From Cyanophora paradoxa CCMP329 (Eukaryota > Plantae > Glaucophyta), in assembly GCA_004431415.1 (NCBI GenBank), contig QPMI01000164.1, positions 62,133 through 126,132 of the forward strand: 64,000 nucleotides of DNA, in the 5' to 3' direction. Shown here piece after piece: positions 1 to 12,600 of the stretch (position 1 is the first letter of the stretch; every line of letters begins with the position of its first letter). A program made the translations under genes and the position numbers. The notes under the pieces were generated by a model. That model was not told where the DNA came from. It was given only the letters and a program-made list of their open reading frames with translations, and ran no database searches.

Positions 1-2702
1 CGCGACGCCCAAGCACGTGCGCGCGAGAGCTCGCCGCCCGGCCCGGCGCTTTGCTTCGCACGGCCCCGACCGCGCTTGCGCAGCTCCGGACCACGCAAGA
101 CGCGAGGATCTTGTCAACCTTCTCAACCTTCCTCGACAGTCCGCACCTCAAGCTGCTCCCGTCGATGCGATCGCGCGTCGCTGTTGACACTGGTCGCGAT
201 CGCCACGCGCGCCAGTTGTCGGCATGTCGAAGGCAGCCCGAGGGGTCCTTCAGCGTGCGCGGGAGCACGCCGTCGCGGTCGGCGACGACACGGTACGCTG
301 CTCTAGACACGGTCGATGTCGAACCGAGTCGCCGAGCTGGCGCAGAGCCGCGCCTTCGTGGCGTCGCACACGGCGATGCAGGCGTGCCGCCACGGCCGCT
401 TCCTCGAGGGCTGCGCCGAGTTCGAGGTCGTATTCTCGTGCGCGCGAGCTTGATTGCGATCACGGACGCCTCGCGATCGGACTTGCCGCAGCGCTCGCGT
501 CTCGCAATCGCGATCGCTGACGCGTACGGCCTCGTCTGCAGGCTCGAGGGAGCGAACCCGCGCATCAAGCTGGACGCCGGCGTGATCTACGCCCTCACTT
601 TCGTTCTACAGGCGCGCACTGCCCGGTCGTGTTTTGGCCGTCGACCTCGCAGCAAGCGCGATCCGACTTCGCTGCCGTCCGCATGCGCAGGGCCAGTACG
701 CGGCGGCGCGGAAGACGTGTGCCGAGCTCGTCGGCATCTCCGAGCACCTCGGGATCGATGGCCGCGGTGCGGGGCAGATCCAGACGCGCTTGATTGTTAC
801 TTCGCTTGTCCGTTTCATTTGTTTCGAGATCGCTGACTCGGCTAGGCGCGCGCAGTGGTCCAAGTGGTGGCGCTGGTGGACGCCTCGACGGCGCTCCTCG
901 AGGGGCGCGACGCCCACGCCGAGCACGTCCTTCGCTTCATCGAGCCGGTGAGCCCGATGCGCACCAACTCGCAGTCGTGCACGTCACGGCGTGGCCTCGC
1001 GCCACTCGCGCGCGCGCGGCCGACGTCGACGCGAAGCGGATCCCTAACGTGAGCGATATGCGCGCGGCAGCTCGACGATTTCATACACCAGCAGGAATGG
1101 TGCGCCCTGACACGCTTTTGCAATCCCTCGCGCGAGCCTCTGTAAGATTGCTGACCCGCAATTCAGGTGGTACTACCGGTCTCTCGACATCTTCCGTGGC
1201 GTCTGCGCGTGGCGCGCCGGCGATGCAGCTGGAGCCGCCGCCAGCTTCGAGGGCGCCTTCGAGTGCTGGCGGGACGAGGCCAAGACCGTCACCTGGCCCG
1301 CCCTGCGTGCGCCCTGGCCCAGTATGCCATTCGCGCCGCCTTGCCACCCTGACACCTGAGGCCTACCTCTGGCCGCGACCAGTTTTGATATCGGTCCTCC
1401 TGGATTTCGCGCTCTGGTGGCAGTCCGACACGGCGGCAGCGCTCTCTGCCGCCCTCAGCACTGCCCGACCGAGACCTCGAGCTCGCCTCGGGTCCGTGCT
1501 GTACCTGTCTCTCGGGTCGCTCGAGGGCCCCAACAAAATTAATCTCTCCACTTGTGCAGGGCCGTCGCGCGGCTGCGGGCGCTCGCGTGCGGCGGCTCGC
1601 CCCGGGCCTCCGTCTTTGATGGCGATCTCGAGGCGGAGCGGGCACACGCAGCCCGCGTCGTCGCACTCGACACGGTGCGGACCCGGACCCGGCCCATCAC
1701 TTTCGTCCCGCCGCGAAGGCGCGTAGCTGACGCCGACGGGCCGCGCGCGATCAGGCCTCGAGCCTTTCCGCGGGCGCGCGGGCGCGACGGGCGTCGGCTG
1801 CGCGGCTCTCCGACGTGGACCAGGGCTCCTCCTCCGACGTCGACGCCTTCACCGTCCTCGTGCGTCCGGAGCCTGGCCATGGCATGGGCCTCTGAAGCGG
1901 GCTCGGCAAGCTTAAGCCGGGGAAGACGGCCGGCGGGGCCGGCGCCTGCAGCTCCGGCTAATGTGCGGGCATGCGCAGGAGCGGGCGGCGGGTGGGCGCC
2001 TCTCGAGGACGCCCCGCGCGGCCTCGGTGCTGTCGACGTCGCGCCGCGGCAGCCTCTCGTGGCACGGGCCCTCGTCCTCGTCCCTCCCGCCCCCGCCCGC
2101 GGCCGGCCGCCCCTCGCAGCCCCCCGCGGCCTCAGGCCGTCGCTTCTCCCTCCTCCGCCTGCGCCGCCCGCCGCCCGGGGCCCCGGGGGCGACGCCGTCG
2201 CCATCGACGTCGAGGCGCTGGCCGGCGAGGCGAAGCAGGCCGCCGCCTTCCTCCGCGAGGTGCCCCGGGCCCCCTCCGTCACGGCGTCCTCGCGTGGCGT
2301 CGCTCGCTTCGATCGAGTTCGCCCGTGTCCCCGGCGCAGCTCGGGTCCCTGCTCGAGGAGACGTGCCGCCGGCGCCTCCCGAACCTGGCGCCCTGCTGCG
2401 ACCTGCTCCGCGCGCAGCGCCCCGGCGTGCCCCGCGCGCGCCGCCTGGCCTCGCTGCGCGCCGCCCGCGACGGCTTCGCGGCCGGCGGCCTGCGGCCGTT
2501 CGAGGCGCTCGCCTGCATGCAGCTGGCGCGGGCCGAGGCGGACGGCGAGGCGGCCAGCGCCGCGCTCGACGCCGCCTGGCGGATCGCCGACGAGACGCAC
2601 ACGGTCATCCCCGCCCTCGAGCGGCTCCTCGCCGACGGCGCCGAGGCCGCGGCCGCCCCCGCCCCGCCCTGCCGCGAGAGTTACTCTTCTCTCTTCGTGT
2701 GA
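1..2702 (+). CDS. Multi-exon hypothetical alpha-helical (TPR-like) protein, 5' part outside window
   Basis: Exon-like peptides (ELAQSRAFVASHTAMQACRHGRFLEGCAEFE; LEGANPRIKLDAGVIYALTFVLQ; GQYAAARKTCAELVGISEHLG; last exon ...FEALACMQLARAEADGEAASAALDAAWRIADE...SLFV*) separated by short GT/GC-AG introns. Family not recognised. Confidence 0.5.
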
Positions 2703-3451
2703 ACTCCCCTCGAAAGCGTTTGTACCCATAAGAGACCATATATAGAACTCGGAAGTTGCTTCGGGGCAGAGTCATGTGCCACGGCCGCGGTGGTAAATTT
2801 CTATTAAGCGCGGGCCGGGGCATGCACAGCAAGTATGGGCATGGCCGCCGGGCGGCTAGCTATATATATAGTTGGCGGCGGGGCCCGGGGCCGGGCACAC
2901 CTCGAAGCTTGGCACCGGTACCCTTGCAAATTGATGAATTCGAATCAAGCCGAACCAAATTAAAGAACGAGCAAAACAATTTGCAACGTGGGGAAAGCAA
3001 CCTGAGTCGGGGCTACCGGTACATGGTCGACGTCGACGTCTACAACGTTAACTCATGAACACCGGCCCGGCGGACCTGAAGAAGTCCACATGTACAGTCC
3101 AATTGCGGCCCCCTGCGTCGGACTTCGAATTCCACGCCAGCATCCGGACTGGTGGGCCCAAGAATTTGAATTGCAAGCTAGGGCTCCGGCGACTTTGATC
3201 ATTAGGATTTCCGGATCCCACCCGCGCGCGCCGTAGATCTCAGAGTCTAGTGCGACGAATGATCAAATCTAGACCGGTACCGCGCCGAGAACTTCGAATG
3301 GGTGCGCGCCGCGCCGAACGTCGTTCAAGAATTGTCACACAGACCTGTACATGTAGTTCGAATTCGCCGTCGTTTGCATTTCGAATTCGACTAGCCGCGG
3401 CCGCGGGCGCCTGCCGGCGCTGCTGGCGTCGGGGGCGCCCGGGGCGCGGGG

Positions 3452-3680
3452 GGCGCTGGAGACGGTGCGCGCGTACGTCGCCAACGCCCTTCAGCGCCCC
3501 GGCGAGGCCCGCTGCCGCCGCATCCCCACTGGGCCACCTCCAGGTACCCCCGGTCCCGCCCCGCCCCGCCCCGGGATCCGACGCGGGGCGGGGCGGGGGC
3601 AGCGCGGGGTACTCGCAGCGGGTGGCGCCGTACCCCGGGGCGGTGGAGGTGCTGCGGGCGGCCGGCTTCGGGGAGGAGGG
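3452..3680 (+). pseudogene. PUB (p97/CDC48-binding) domain-like fragment, frame apparently broken
   Basis: ALETVRAYVANALQRPGEARCRRIP followed by YSQRVAPYPGAVEVLRAAGFGEE matches the PUB pattern (N..P...R.I ... RV....GA.E.L..GF.E). The two halves do not splice in frame with the obvious intron. Confidence 0.5.
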
Positions 3681-4769
3681 CGGGGCCGGGGCCGGTGGGG
3701 GCGGCCCGGGCAGGGCGAAGCCCGGGGCGGCAATTGCAAGCAGGGCGAAGCCCCCATCGCAAATATATAGAAGGTTTTCAGTGGAGTAGGGTGGAGTGGA
3801 GGCCCTGAAGAGGCCCAAGAGCTAGCTATAGGATGGGGGCTCGTGGAGGAGGCCCGGGGAGCTCGAGGGACAGGGAGGCCCGGGAGGTGGAGCCGGAGCC
3901 AGGAGGAGCTAGCGCTGGGATGGGGTCCGCGAGACGGAGGCGGAGCGGCGCCGGGGCCCGGAGGAGTCGAAGGGCCGGCGACGGGGCCGGGCGGCGGGGC
4001 CGGGGCGAGGGCGGCGTCGAGGGCGGCGAGGGCGAGCCAGAGCAGGCCGGGGTCCGCCGAGCGCAGCGCCAGCGCCCCCGCCCCGGGCCGGGGGTCGCAG
4101 GTCAGCGCAGGCCTAGGGCTTGGGGCCCCGTACGTGCACGCTGAGGGCTCGAATTATAATTAAGCGTCCGACGGTCAGCTCATGATCATGATATCGATCA
4201 GCATGCGCATGCATCTTGCCTGCCAGGCTACTAGGCTAGGCTGCCAGCTGCAGGCTGACTGCCCAACGGTATTGCCGTACGAATCTGATTTATTCCAAGT
4301 TCCGAAGCCTTCCGCCTGCAGGCTGCCTCTTGCCTTCCCAAAAGTTGCAGCAGATTTAATTCCGAATATTAATTCGAATTCGAAGAGACAGAGTCCCAGT
4401 GACAGCAGATTTAATTCCGAGCTTGATGTCAAGTCCCCGAAGCCCGTGCACATGCCTTGAAGCCCCGAAGCATTGCTGCCAAACTGCCAATTTTGCAAGC
4501 TTGAATCGGCGGCTGAAAGGAGAATAAAGGGCCGCGGGGCCCCGTGCGCCTGGCGGCCCCTCCGCCTTCCAGGCAATAACAGATCTCAAGATGAGACCGG
4601 AGGCGTGGACCCTCGCAACTGGAATTCTTTCGCAAATTTGATCATGTATATATCGCTGATCATGACTCATGATCATGATCAGCGAGTGATCATTGGGTCT
4701 GACGGTCGAGCAAATGCGGGTCGCGGCCCGGCCGCGCGTAGGGTGGCCGTGGAAAGGGGGACGGCTCGC

Positions 4770-7700
4770 GCGATCGCTCAGGCGAAGGAGATGCCGGGGG
4801 GCTTGTAGGGCCGCGTGGGCCGCCGCGGGGCCTGCGGCGGGGCGGGCGAGGACGAGGAGAAGGAGGCGGGCCCGCCCGCGGCCGCCCCCTCGGGGGTACC
4901 GGTGGCGGGGGAGGCCGGAAGCTGCAGTGCCGGCAACGAGCTCGCGCTCGAGCCGCTGCAGGGCCCGGGGCCCTCGGCGGGGCTCGCCGGACCCGCCGCC
5001 CGCTCCGCACGCGCCGGCGTCGAGGAGCTCGAGGCAGCGCCCGCGGCGGCGCCGGTTGCGGCCGCGGGAGGGGAGGGCCCGGCGAATTCGAAGGGGGCGC
5101 CGCACAGGGGGCACCCAGCGGCGTGCTTCTCCGCCCGCCACGTCGCGATGCACCTCCCGTGGAACTCGAAGCGGTCTGCGAAGGCGTCCGACGGTCAGCG
5201 GCTCCGGGCGGCGATTGGGAAACCAGGGCAAAGTAAAGTGCGTGGCGCACGGCGGCAGGTGAGGGCGGCGGCGGGCGGGCCGGCGGAGAGGGGTTCGAAG
5301 CAGATGGCGCACTCGGCGTCCGCGGGGGCCGCCGCGGGCCGGTACTTGCCAAGGAGGGTGAGATGTTAAAGAAAGGCAAATTAAAAATGGGCAAGCAGCG
5401 ATCCGATCTCGCGCATGCGCACCGGCAGACGCCCTTCCCGTGCTGCTTCTCCTGCTTCTGGCTCCGCTGCAGCCCCGGATCCTCGCGCCGTCGCTGCCCC
5501 GCGGCCAGCCGGCGCTCCTGCTCCCGCCGGCGCGCCTCTCGCTGCTCCTCCAGCCGGCGCTGCTCGTTAGCGCGCGCCGCCTCCTCCCGCCGACGTGCCT
5601 CCTCGCGCTGCCGCTCGGCCTCAGTCGCCTGGCGCCGCTCCTCCTGCAGACGCTCCTCCTCCCGCCGCTGCTCCTCCTCGAGCTCCCGCCGGCGCGCCTC
5701 CGTGCGCTCCTGCTCCTCCCGCTGCCGCTGCTCCCGCTCGCGTCGCTCCTCCTGCGCCCGCCGCCGCGCCGCCTCCTCCGCCCGCACCTTCGCCTCCTCG
5801 CGCCGCCGCTGCTCCGCCGCGACGTGGCGCCGTAGCTCCTGCACCCTGACGCCAACCTTAGAGCCCGCTAATGCATTCAACAGGGCTGCCGGGGCGCACC
5901 GGCGGAGGGCGTGGGCGTTCGCGCCCGTCTCGACGGCAATAAGATGGTGCTCCAGCTTGTCAGCCTGCTGCGCGGCCGCCTCCAGCTCACCCGCCCCCGC
6001 CATGCACTCTGACGCGGCCGCGGCGTCAGCAATCCCCGACAAGCCGGGAATTTTCGAAAGCGGCTGCGGGCGAGCTCACGGGCGCACCGATGCGGAGCAG
6101 GCGAGCCTCGAAGTCGTCCGGCGAGCGCTGCGCGGCCGTCAAAAAAGTTAACTGAGTCGAGGGCGTCACGCTTATATTCAAAGCGCTAGCAACCGATCGC
6201 GAACCTTGAGCAGGGCGTCGAGGACCTTCCGGGCGGGGGCCCACTGCGAGCCCTCCACATGCATTCGAGCCGCCTCCTGCCGAACGGCTCAGTGCATGCC
6301 AGAGGGCGGGTGGCGCACGTGCATAAAAGCGCGCACGCGGTCGGCGGAGTCGCGGGCAGCGCGCTCGGCGCGCTCGGCGCGCTCGGCCTCCTGCCGCATC
6401 TGCTCGCGCTCCTCCTCCGCCCGCCGCCGCTCCTCCCGCTCTCGCTTGCGCTCCTTCAGCTTGCGACAGGTGCTGGCGACGCGGGTGTTAATTTTGCTGC
6501 GCGACTCGTGCGCACATGCGCAAAGTTGGCTGCAGCAGTTGGCCCTCGAGCTCACCTGCATCCGCATTCGCAGCAGACGTACGTAAACTGCTCCGGATAT
6601 CGGTTCTCTTCAACGTGCGTCTGCCTCTCCGGATCCAGCTCTCGCCTGTGCCGCGGGCTCCGCTCCACCGACTCGTTCGAGGTGCGCACATGCATGCCAG
6701 CCTCGTGCTCGCGGAGAGCGCGAATCTGTCGGGCGGTGCGCTGCTGTGGCCATATATATAGCTCAATATATAGACGGAAGGATCCGGAGCAACCACTGCC
6801 GCAATCGGCACGCTGGGCGGCGGCTGCCTGTTCACGCGCGTCCACTCCAGAACGGCCTGCGATCGCAAGGCTCCCTCAATTAATATTTCGCGACGTCGGC
6901 GAATATCGATGTTGGGCTGATAGAAGCGGGCACGAGCCTTAAAAAAGGCTTTGGCAGGTTCGGCGTGCGGGGCCTTTTCGAAGGCCGCCCAGAGCTTTGA
7001 AAGATAGTCTCCGAGCTTTGGGCTGGTGGGATCCAATTGCAAGGCCGCCTCGAGAATATTCCACGCGCGCTGCGGATCCCGGAAAATCGAATGACGAGAT
7101 CTAAGAATTAAACGCCGTCCCGCGAGGCATCGGGCAAGGGACGCGTCGCACGCAGGCGGAAGGCTCGGCGAGGCCGGGTGCGTTAACGTTAACGTTGCAA
7201 TCGAGTTGGAGGCGGGCGAAAAGGGCGAGGGCGGAGCCGACGCGCAAGTGCGTCGGGCCCAGCCGCCGCTCGGTCTCCGACACGAGCCGCTGTGCATGCG
7301 AGGTGCGTCGGCGATCGAGAGACGGAGGCAGAGTTTCAAGTTTAATTTGACGTATATATGCAATTGGCCGTCTAGAGACGGCGGGTGCACCTCAGCGGCG
7401 GCGACGGCGGCCGAGTAGTCGCCCTGGGAGATGCACGCGAGAGCGATGCCCATCACAACGGTCTCGACATCGCCACGCTCGAAGCAGCCGGCGCACGTCC
7501 GCTCCGCAATCGGTAAGGCCATCTACAAAGTGGTGTAATTTTAAATTAAAGCGCGCGGAATTCGAATAGAAGGGTGGGCCGGGTTGGTGCCAAAATCGAA
7601 TTCGAAGCTGTATATATGTAAATATAGGGGGCACCTGACCGATTTCGAGGGTGCGCTGGAGGCGCCTCGCGCTGACGTGGCGGCTGGCGAGGAAGTTGAG

Positions 7701-9300
7701 TTTCGGGACGACGGGCAGCTCGCAGCAGCTTCCGGCGATCCGCCCCTCGCATCCGGCCTCCCGCTCGTGCGCGAAGGCCGCCTGGGCAAGGGTGACGACA
7801 TCGACCGAGAATAGATATCATTAGTCTTGCATGCGCCTCTGACGGGCGGGATACCGCAGCACCTTGAAAACAGCCTCGGCGCGCTCGTAGTCCCCCATCT
7901 CGTGCAGGCAGACGCCCAGCCTGTACTCCGTCTCGGTCGTCGTCTCGTGCAGGGGCCCCAGGCGCTCCCACCGGAACGAGAGCGCCCACTGCGGAGAACG
8001 CACGCGTGGGTTAAATTTAAAACGCCAAGCAAGAGGCGGCGCTATTACGGCGCACGGGGCGCGAAATTAAAGGGGATGTCGACGTACAAGGAGAGCTCGC
8101 TTTTCGTCACAAAAGTCTGCTTTTCGACGATACAGTGCGCCCAGGGCCTCGGCGTGTTCCCCGAGGGCGCCGGGCTCGGTCGCCGCCCGCAGCCGCGAAT
8201 CTTCTGCGTACAGCTCCAGCGCCAGCTGCACATGCGTATGCGCGTGCGGACCAGGGTGCCGATGACGGGGCCGCGTGAGAGGGGGAGGAGGAGGGGGAGG
8301 GGGGGAAGGGGGGGGAGGGAGGGAGGGAGGGGAGGGGGGCCGGGTGCGGCGGGGAGGCACCTCGTAGTGCGTGATGGCCGCATCGCAGTTGTCGAGCTCG
8401 AAGTAATTATAAAGGCGGCCAAGATGGATCGCGCAGGCGGCGCTCAGGGCATGCTTCTGCCCGAGGGTCTGGGAGAACTTGTCCACGAGATGCTGCACGA
8501 TCGCGAGGTTGTTGGCGAGGAAACGAGAGGGCGTGCTAAGGCTGGACCCGCGCGCGGCCCATGGCCACCTTGATGTCCGCGATGTACTGGCGGAGCTCCG
8601 CTTGGCAAGATGTGATCGCGGAAGGAAAATCGCGCTGGAGGGCGAAGACGAGCTCCTTGCACCCGGCGCAGACAGCGGAGCTCGAGCACCTGCAGAAGAA
8701 ACCTTCCCGAACGCGCACGTGGTGAATCTTCGCACACAAAACGAGATCCCGCTGATGCCCATGGCCATCGAGTAAGCCATGGAGCAACGGTGGAACTTCA
8801 ATGAAGGCCGCTCTAGATTTGTCCGAGGCCGAGAACTCGAGCTTTGACTGCAGCCGCGTATACGTAGGCAGCTGCAGCTGTGGATTAAAATATTCATCTG
8901 CAGCTGTCGCCTCCCCGGCCGCGGCCTGCGCGAGCGCGTACGAAGCCTGATTTTAAATTTGAGTCCGCCGCGCGCATATGCATGCAAACGGGCTTCGAAT
9001 AGGAAATTCATCTCGCACCGCTTTCCCAGCAAAGTGAGAGGTTTCAGAGAACGCTCTACAAATTTTCTCCGCTGCGCATGCTGCGGCAACGGCTGCGTTG
9101 CAGCTGAATTCGGGCACATTTGCTTCCTCGTTGAATTCGGGCCCTCCGTCCCGCACGAAAACATGGAACACCGCTTGCGACATTCAAGTTTAATTTGCGC
9201 CTCGAACCGCGCGCGCGCGGAGGCCTTGCTTCCTGCGCCCGCACATTCTCCAGCGTAAGATCTAGATCTTCACCTCGCATGCGCACCTCGAAGTTCGCCG
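4770..9300 (-). CDS. TPR / coiled-coil / RING-H2 variant protein, tandem copy 1 (type A; possibly pseudogene)
   Basis: Spliced peptides: CRCSSSAVCAGC; KLC-like TPRs (ERLGPLHETTTETEYRLGVCLHEMGDYERAE); ARKVLDALLK|RSPDDFEARLLRIECMAGAGELEAA; E/R/Q coiled coil; CAICFEP...CRHRFEFHGRCIATW...CPLC. The splice acceptor before the RING exon is CAA, versus CAG in copy 3. Confidence 0.7.
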
Positions 9301-9674
9301 AGCTGGCACCTCGAGCTCGAAGACTCGCTGATCGATATCTTGCGTGTGGACCGCGCTCGCTGAGGGACGAGCGCGGTAACGTTAACGTTGACGTAACCCG
9401 AATCAGAGAACGTGCAATGTCAGAGCTCGAGGGAATCGAAGGCCTCATGATCAGTCTGGGAATTTTAGAGGGGGAATTTCGGAAGGAATATAAATGAAGA
9501 TCCAGAGCTCGAGGGGAAACGTATACGTAGGCCTGGCCATGGGCCGGGGGAGCGACCGGAATCACGAAAGGCCAAAAGGTTAATCGCGAGAATTCAACTG
9601 TTCCAATTTTTGCAAACGAGGGGCCAACTGGCCATGGCCGGTGCGGCTGAGGTAGAAGTGGGTTAGAACCATAG

Positions 9675-12600
9675 CTAGTGGGTAGGCTCGCTCAGGCGAA
9701 AGAGATGCCGGGGGGCTGGTAGGGCCGCGTGGGCCGCCGGGGGGCCTGCGGCGGGGCGGGCGGGGCGGAGAGAGGGGAGGCGGGGCCGCCTGCCGTCCCG
9801 GGGGCCGGCTGCAGCGCCGGGGTCGGCTGCAGCGCCGGCGGAGAGCTCGCGCTCGAGCTCGAGGCGCCGGAGGAGCCCTCCGCGGGGCTCGCCGGACCCA
9901 CCGCGCGCTCGGCCCGCGCCGGCGCCGGCGTCGAGGGGCGGCCCCACGGCGGCCCCCGCCGTGGGGGAGGATCTGGAGGGCCCGGCGAAGGGGGCGCCGC
10001 ACAGGGGGCAGCCGTCGGCGAGCGGGCCCGCCCGCCACGCCTCGATGCACGCGCCGTGGAACTCGGAGCGGTCTGCGAGGGGCGTCGACGTCGGGCGGCG
10101 GCGCGGGGCGCGCGCGGGAAGGGCGGGGCGCACGGCGGCAGGCGAGGGCGGAGGCGGCTGGCGGGCCGGCGGCGAGGGGCTCGAGGCAGATGACGCACTC
10201 GGCCGGTGCCTGCTGCGCTGCTGCGGGCGCCGCCTCGAAGCCGTCGGCCGCCTCGTGCCGGTACCTGCAGCCGCGATCGCGACTCGGCGATCGCGAGTGA
10301 GATAAAAGCGAGTTCAACTAGCCCGTCGCACCGACAGCGCGCGCCGACTCGGCAGGCGCCCTTCGCGAACAATCGGCAAGGGGCGGGTTGCCGCCGCCGC
10401 CGCCCAGAGCCGGCCGCGGGGTCAGCATGCGCATCAGTGGGGGCCGCCGCGAAGCTGCCGCGACCGGCCGCAGCCGCCTCGTGCCGGTACCTGCCTCGCG
10501 GGGTGAGAAAGAAGAACACGAAATTAAAGAGTCGTGCCCCGGCCGGGGCCCGGCATCCGCACCGGCACTGCGCGCCTTCGCGGCAGGCGCCCTTTGCGAA
10601 GAAGCGGCACGGGACGGCGTGCGCCCCGTGCTTCCGCTGCCGCAGCTCCTCGCGCCGCCGCTGCTCCTGATCCGCAGCCAGCCGGCGCTCCTGCTCCCGC
10701 CGGCGTTCCTGTTGCTGCTGCAGCTGCTCCAGCCTCCGCTGCTCTTTCGTGCGCACCGCCTCCTCCCGCCGGCGCGCCTCCTCGCGCTGCCGCTCGACCT
10801 CGGCCGCCTGGAGCCGCTCCTCCTCCCGCCGCTCCTCCTCTCGCCGCTGCTCCTCTTCCTGCTCCCGCCGCCGCGCCTCCTCCCGCCCGCGCGCCGCCTT
10901 GCTCTGCCTCTCTGCCTCGACCGCCTGTCGTCGCTCCTCCCGCCGCCGGTCCTTGTCCCGCTGCAGCTCCGCCCGCCGCTCCTGCTCGCGCCGACGCTCC
11001 TCTTCCCGCGGCCTCGCTTCCTCCTCCGCCCGCCGCTTCGCCTCCTCGCGCCGCTGCTGGTCTTCTTCCTGCTTCCGCCGGCGCGCCTCCTTCTGCTGCA
11101 GCTGCAGCTGCTCTACCTGCTGCCGCGTCTCCACTGCCCGCCTCGCGCGCATGCGAAACGCCTTCGCCGTCTCCCCGAGCGACTCTGCAAGAGAGCAGAG
11201 CGTCTCCTCCAAACTGTCGCTGCCCTCAGACCCCGCGGCCGCCAACGCGTGCACCAGCACGCACCGGCGGTAGTCGTCATACTCCGTCTTCGGAATGCAT
11301 CGCGATCGGAGTGCGCGTGCACGTGCATCCGCGGGCAGTAAGGCAGTGAACTCGCGCTCCATCCTTTCGGCCTCCAGCGCGGCTTCCTCCAGTTCGCCCA
11401 CGCCCGCAATGCAGTCTGCCGCCGCGTCAGCGAGGGACGACGGGGTCAGAAAAGCGGGGCGCGGGGCGGACAGATGCGGAGCATGCGAGCGTCAACGTTG
11501 TTTGGCGACCGCTACGAGGCTGTCAGAGATCTAGATGGCATGCACGACGGCATGCACGACGCGACGCTGATGACCTTCATGATCATAAGAGTGTCGAGGA
11601 GCGGGCGGGCGGGGCAAGTAAGTATTCTTATTATAAAATAATTTAAAAAACTAGAGGCTGTCAGATCTAGATCTAGAGTTAGATTTAAAAACTAGAGGCT
11701 GTCAGATCTAGATCTAGAGTTAGATTTGTAGTGGCGGAGTTGAGAACCTCGAGCAGGGCTTCGAGGAGCGGGCGGGCGCGGGCCCACTGCGAGCCCTCCA
11801 CGTGCTTCCGAGCCGCCTCCTGCCGTACGGCTGAGTGCATGCCAGAGAGCGGGTGGCGCACGGGCATATATAAAAGTACGCACGAGGTCCGCGGCGTCGC
11901 AGGCGGCGCGCTCATGATCAGCGCGCTCGGCCTCCCGCCGCACCCGCTCGCGCTCCTCCTCCGGATCCGCCCGCCGCCGCTCCTCCCGCTCCCGCTTGCG
12001 CTCCTCCACACTGCTGGCGAGCGCACAACGCATTAAATTATTGCCTGCAGCTGGTTCGAGCCTGGACTGGGCACGCCTGGGCGATTCTTGCGCCCGCTTA
12101 TGCTCCTCCGGCCCCCCGAGAGGCTGCTCACTCTCCGCCCGCTTCGAGGTCAGCTCCGCCCGCGTCTGCTCCTCCTTTGCCAGCTCCGTTGGCTTCCGCT
12201 CCGGATCCTCTGCCTCGTTCGAGGCACAGCTGCAGGACTCGAGCCCTCGGAGAGCGCGAATCTGTCGGGCGGTGGTGATGAGTGATAGCTGCGGTTGGTG
12301 ACAAGCAATTTGATTAAAGGCGAAAAGTGGCCACCACGGCCGCGATCGGCACGCCCTGCGGCGGCTGCCTGTTCACGCGCGTCCAATTTAGAGCAGCCTG
12401 CGAAACGCCTTCATGATCAGCTTCTTGACGCATGCAGGGCACGTGCACAGATGCATATGCCGACGCGCCTTGAAAAATGCTTTGGAAGCCGCGCGGTCGA
12501 GGTGAGGGGCCTTCGAATTAGCGAAGACATTCCAAAGTGCAGGAAAGAAATCCGCCAGCTCCGGGCTAGGGGGGCCCGACTGCAAGGCCGTCTCGAGAAT

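Noticed and set aside
6277-6318. In-frame TGA in copies 1, 3 and 4 (TCA in copy 2) suggesting selenocysteine or readthrough
   Set aside because: It lies in a 42-nt GT...CTGAG...CAG intron; the TGA is part of the branch-point motif.
5363-11349. Long plus-strand Ser/Arg/Leu/Pro-rich ORFs
   Set aside because: These are antisense shadows of the E/R/Q coiled-coil exons in GC-rich DNA.
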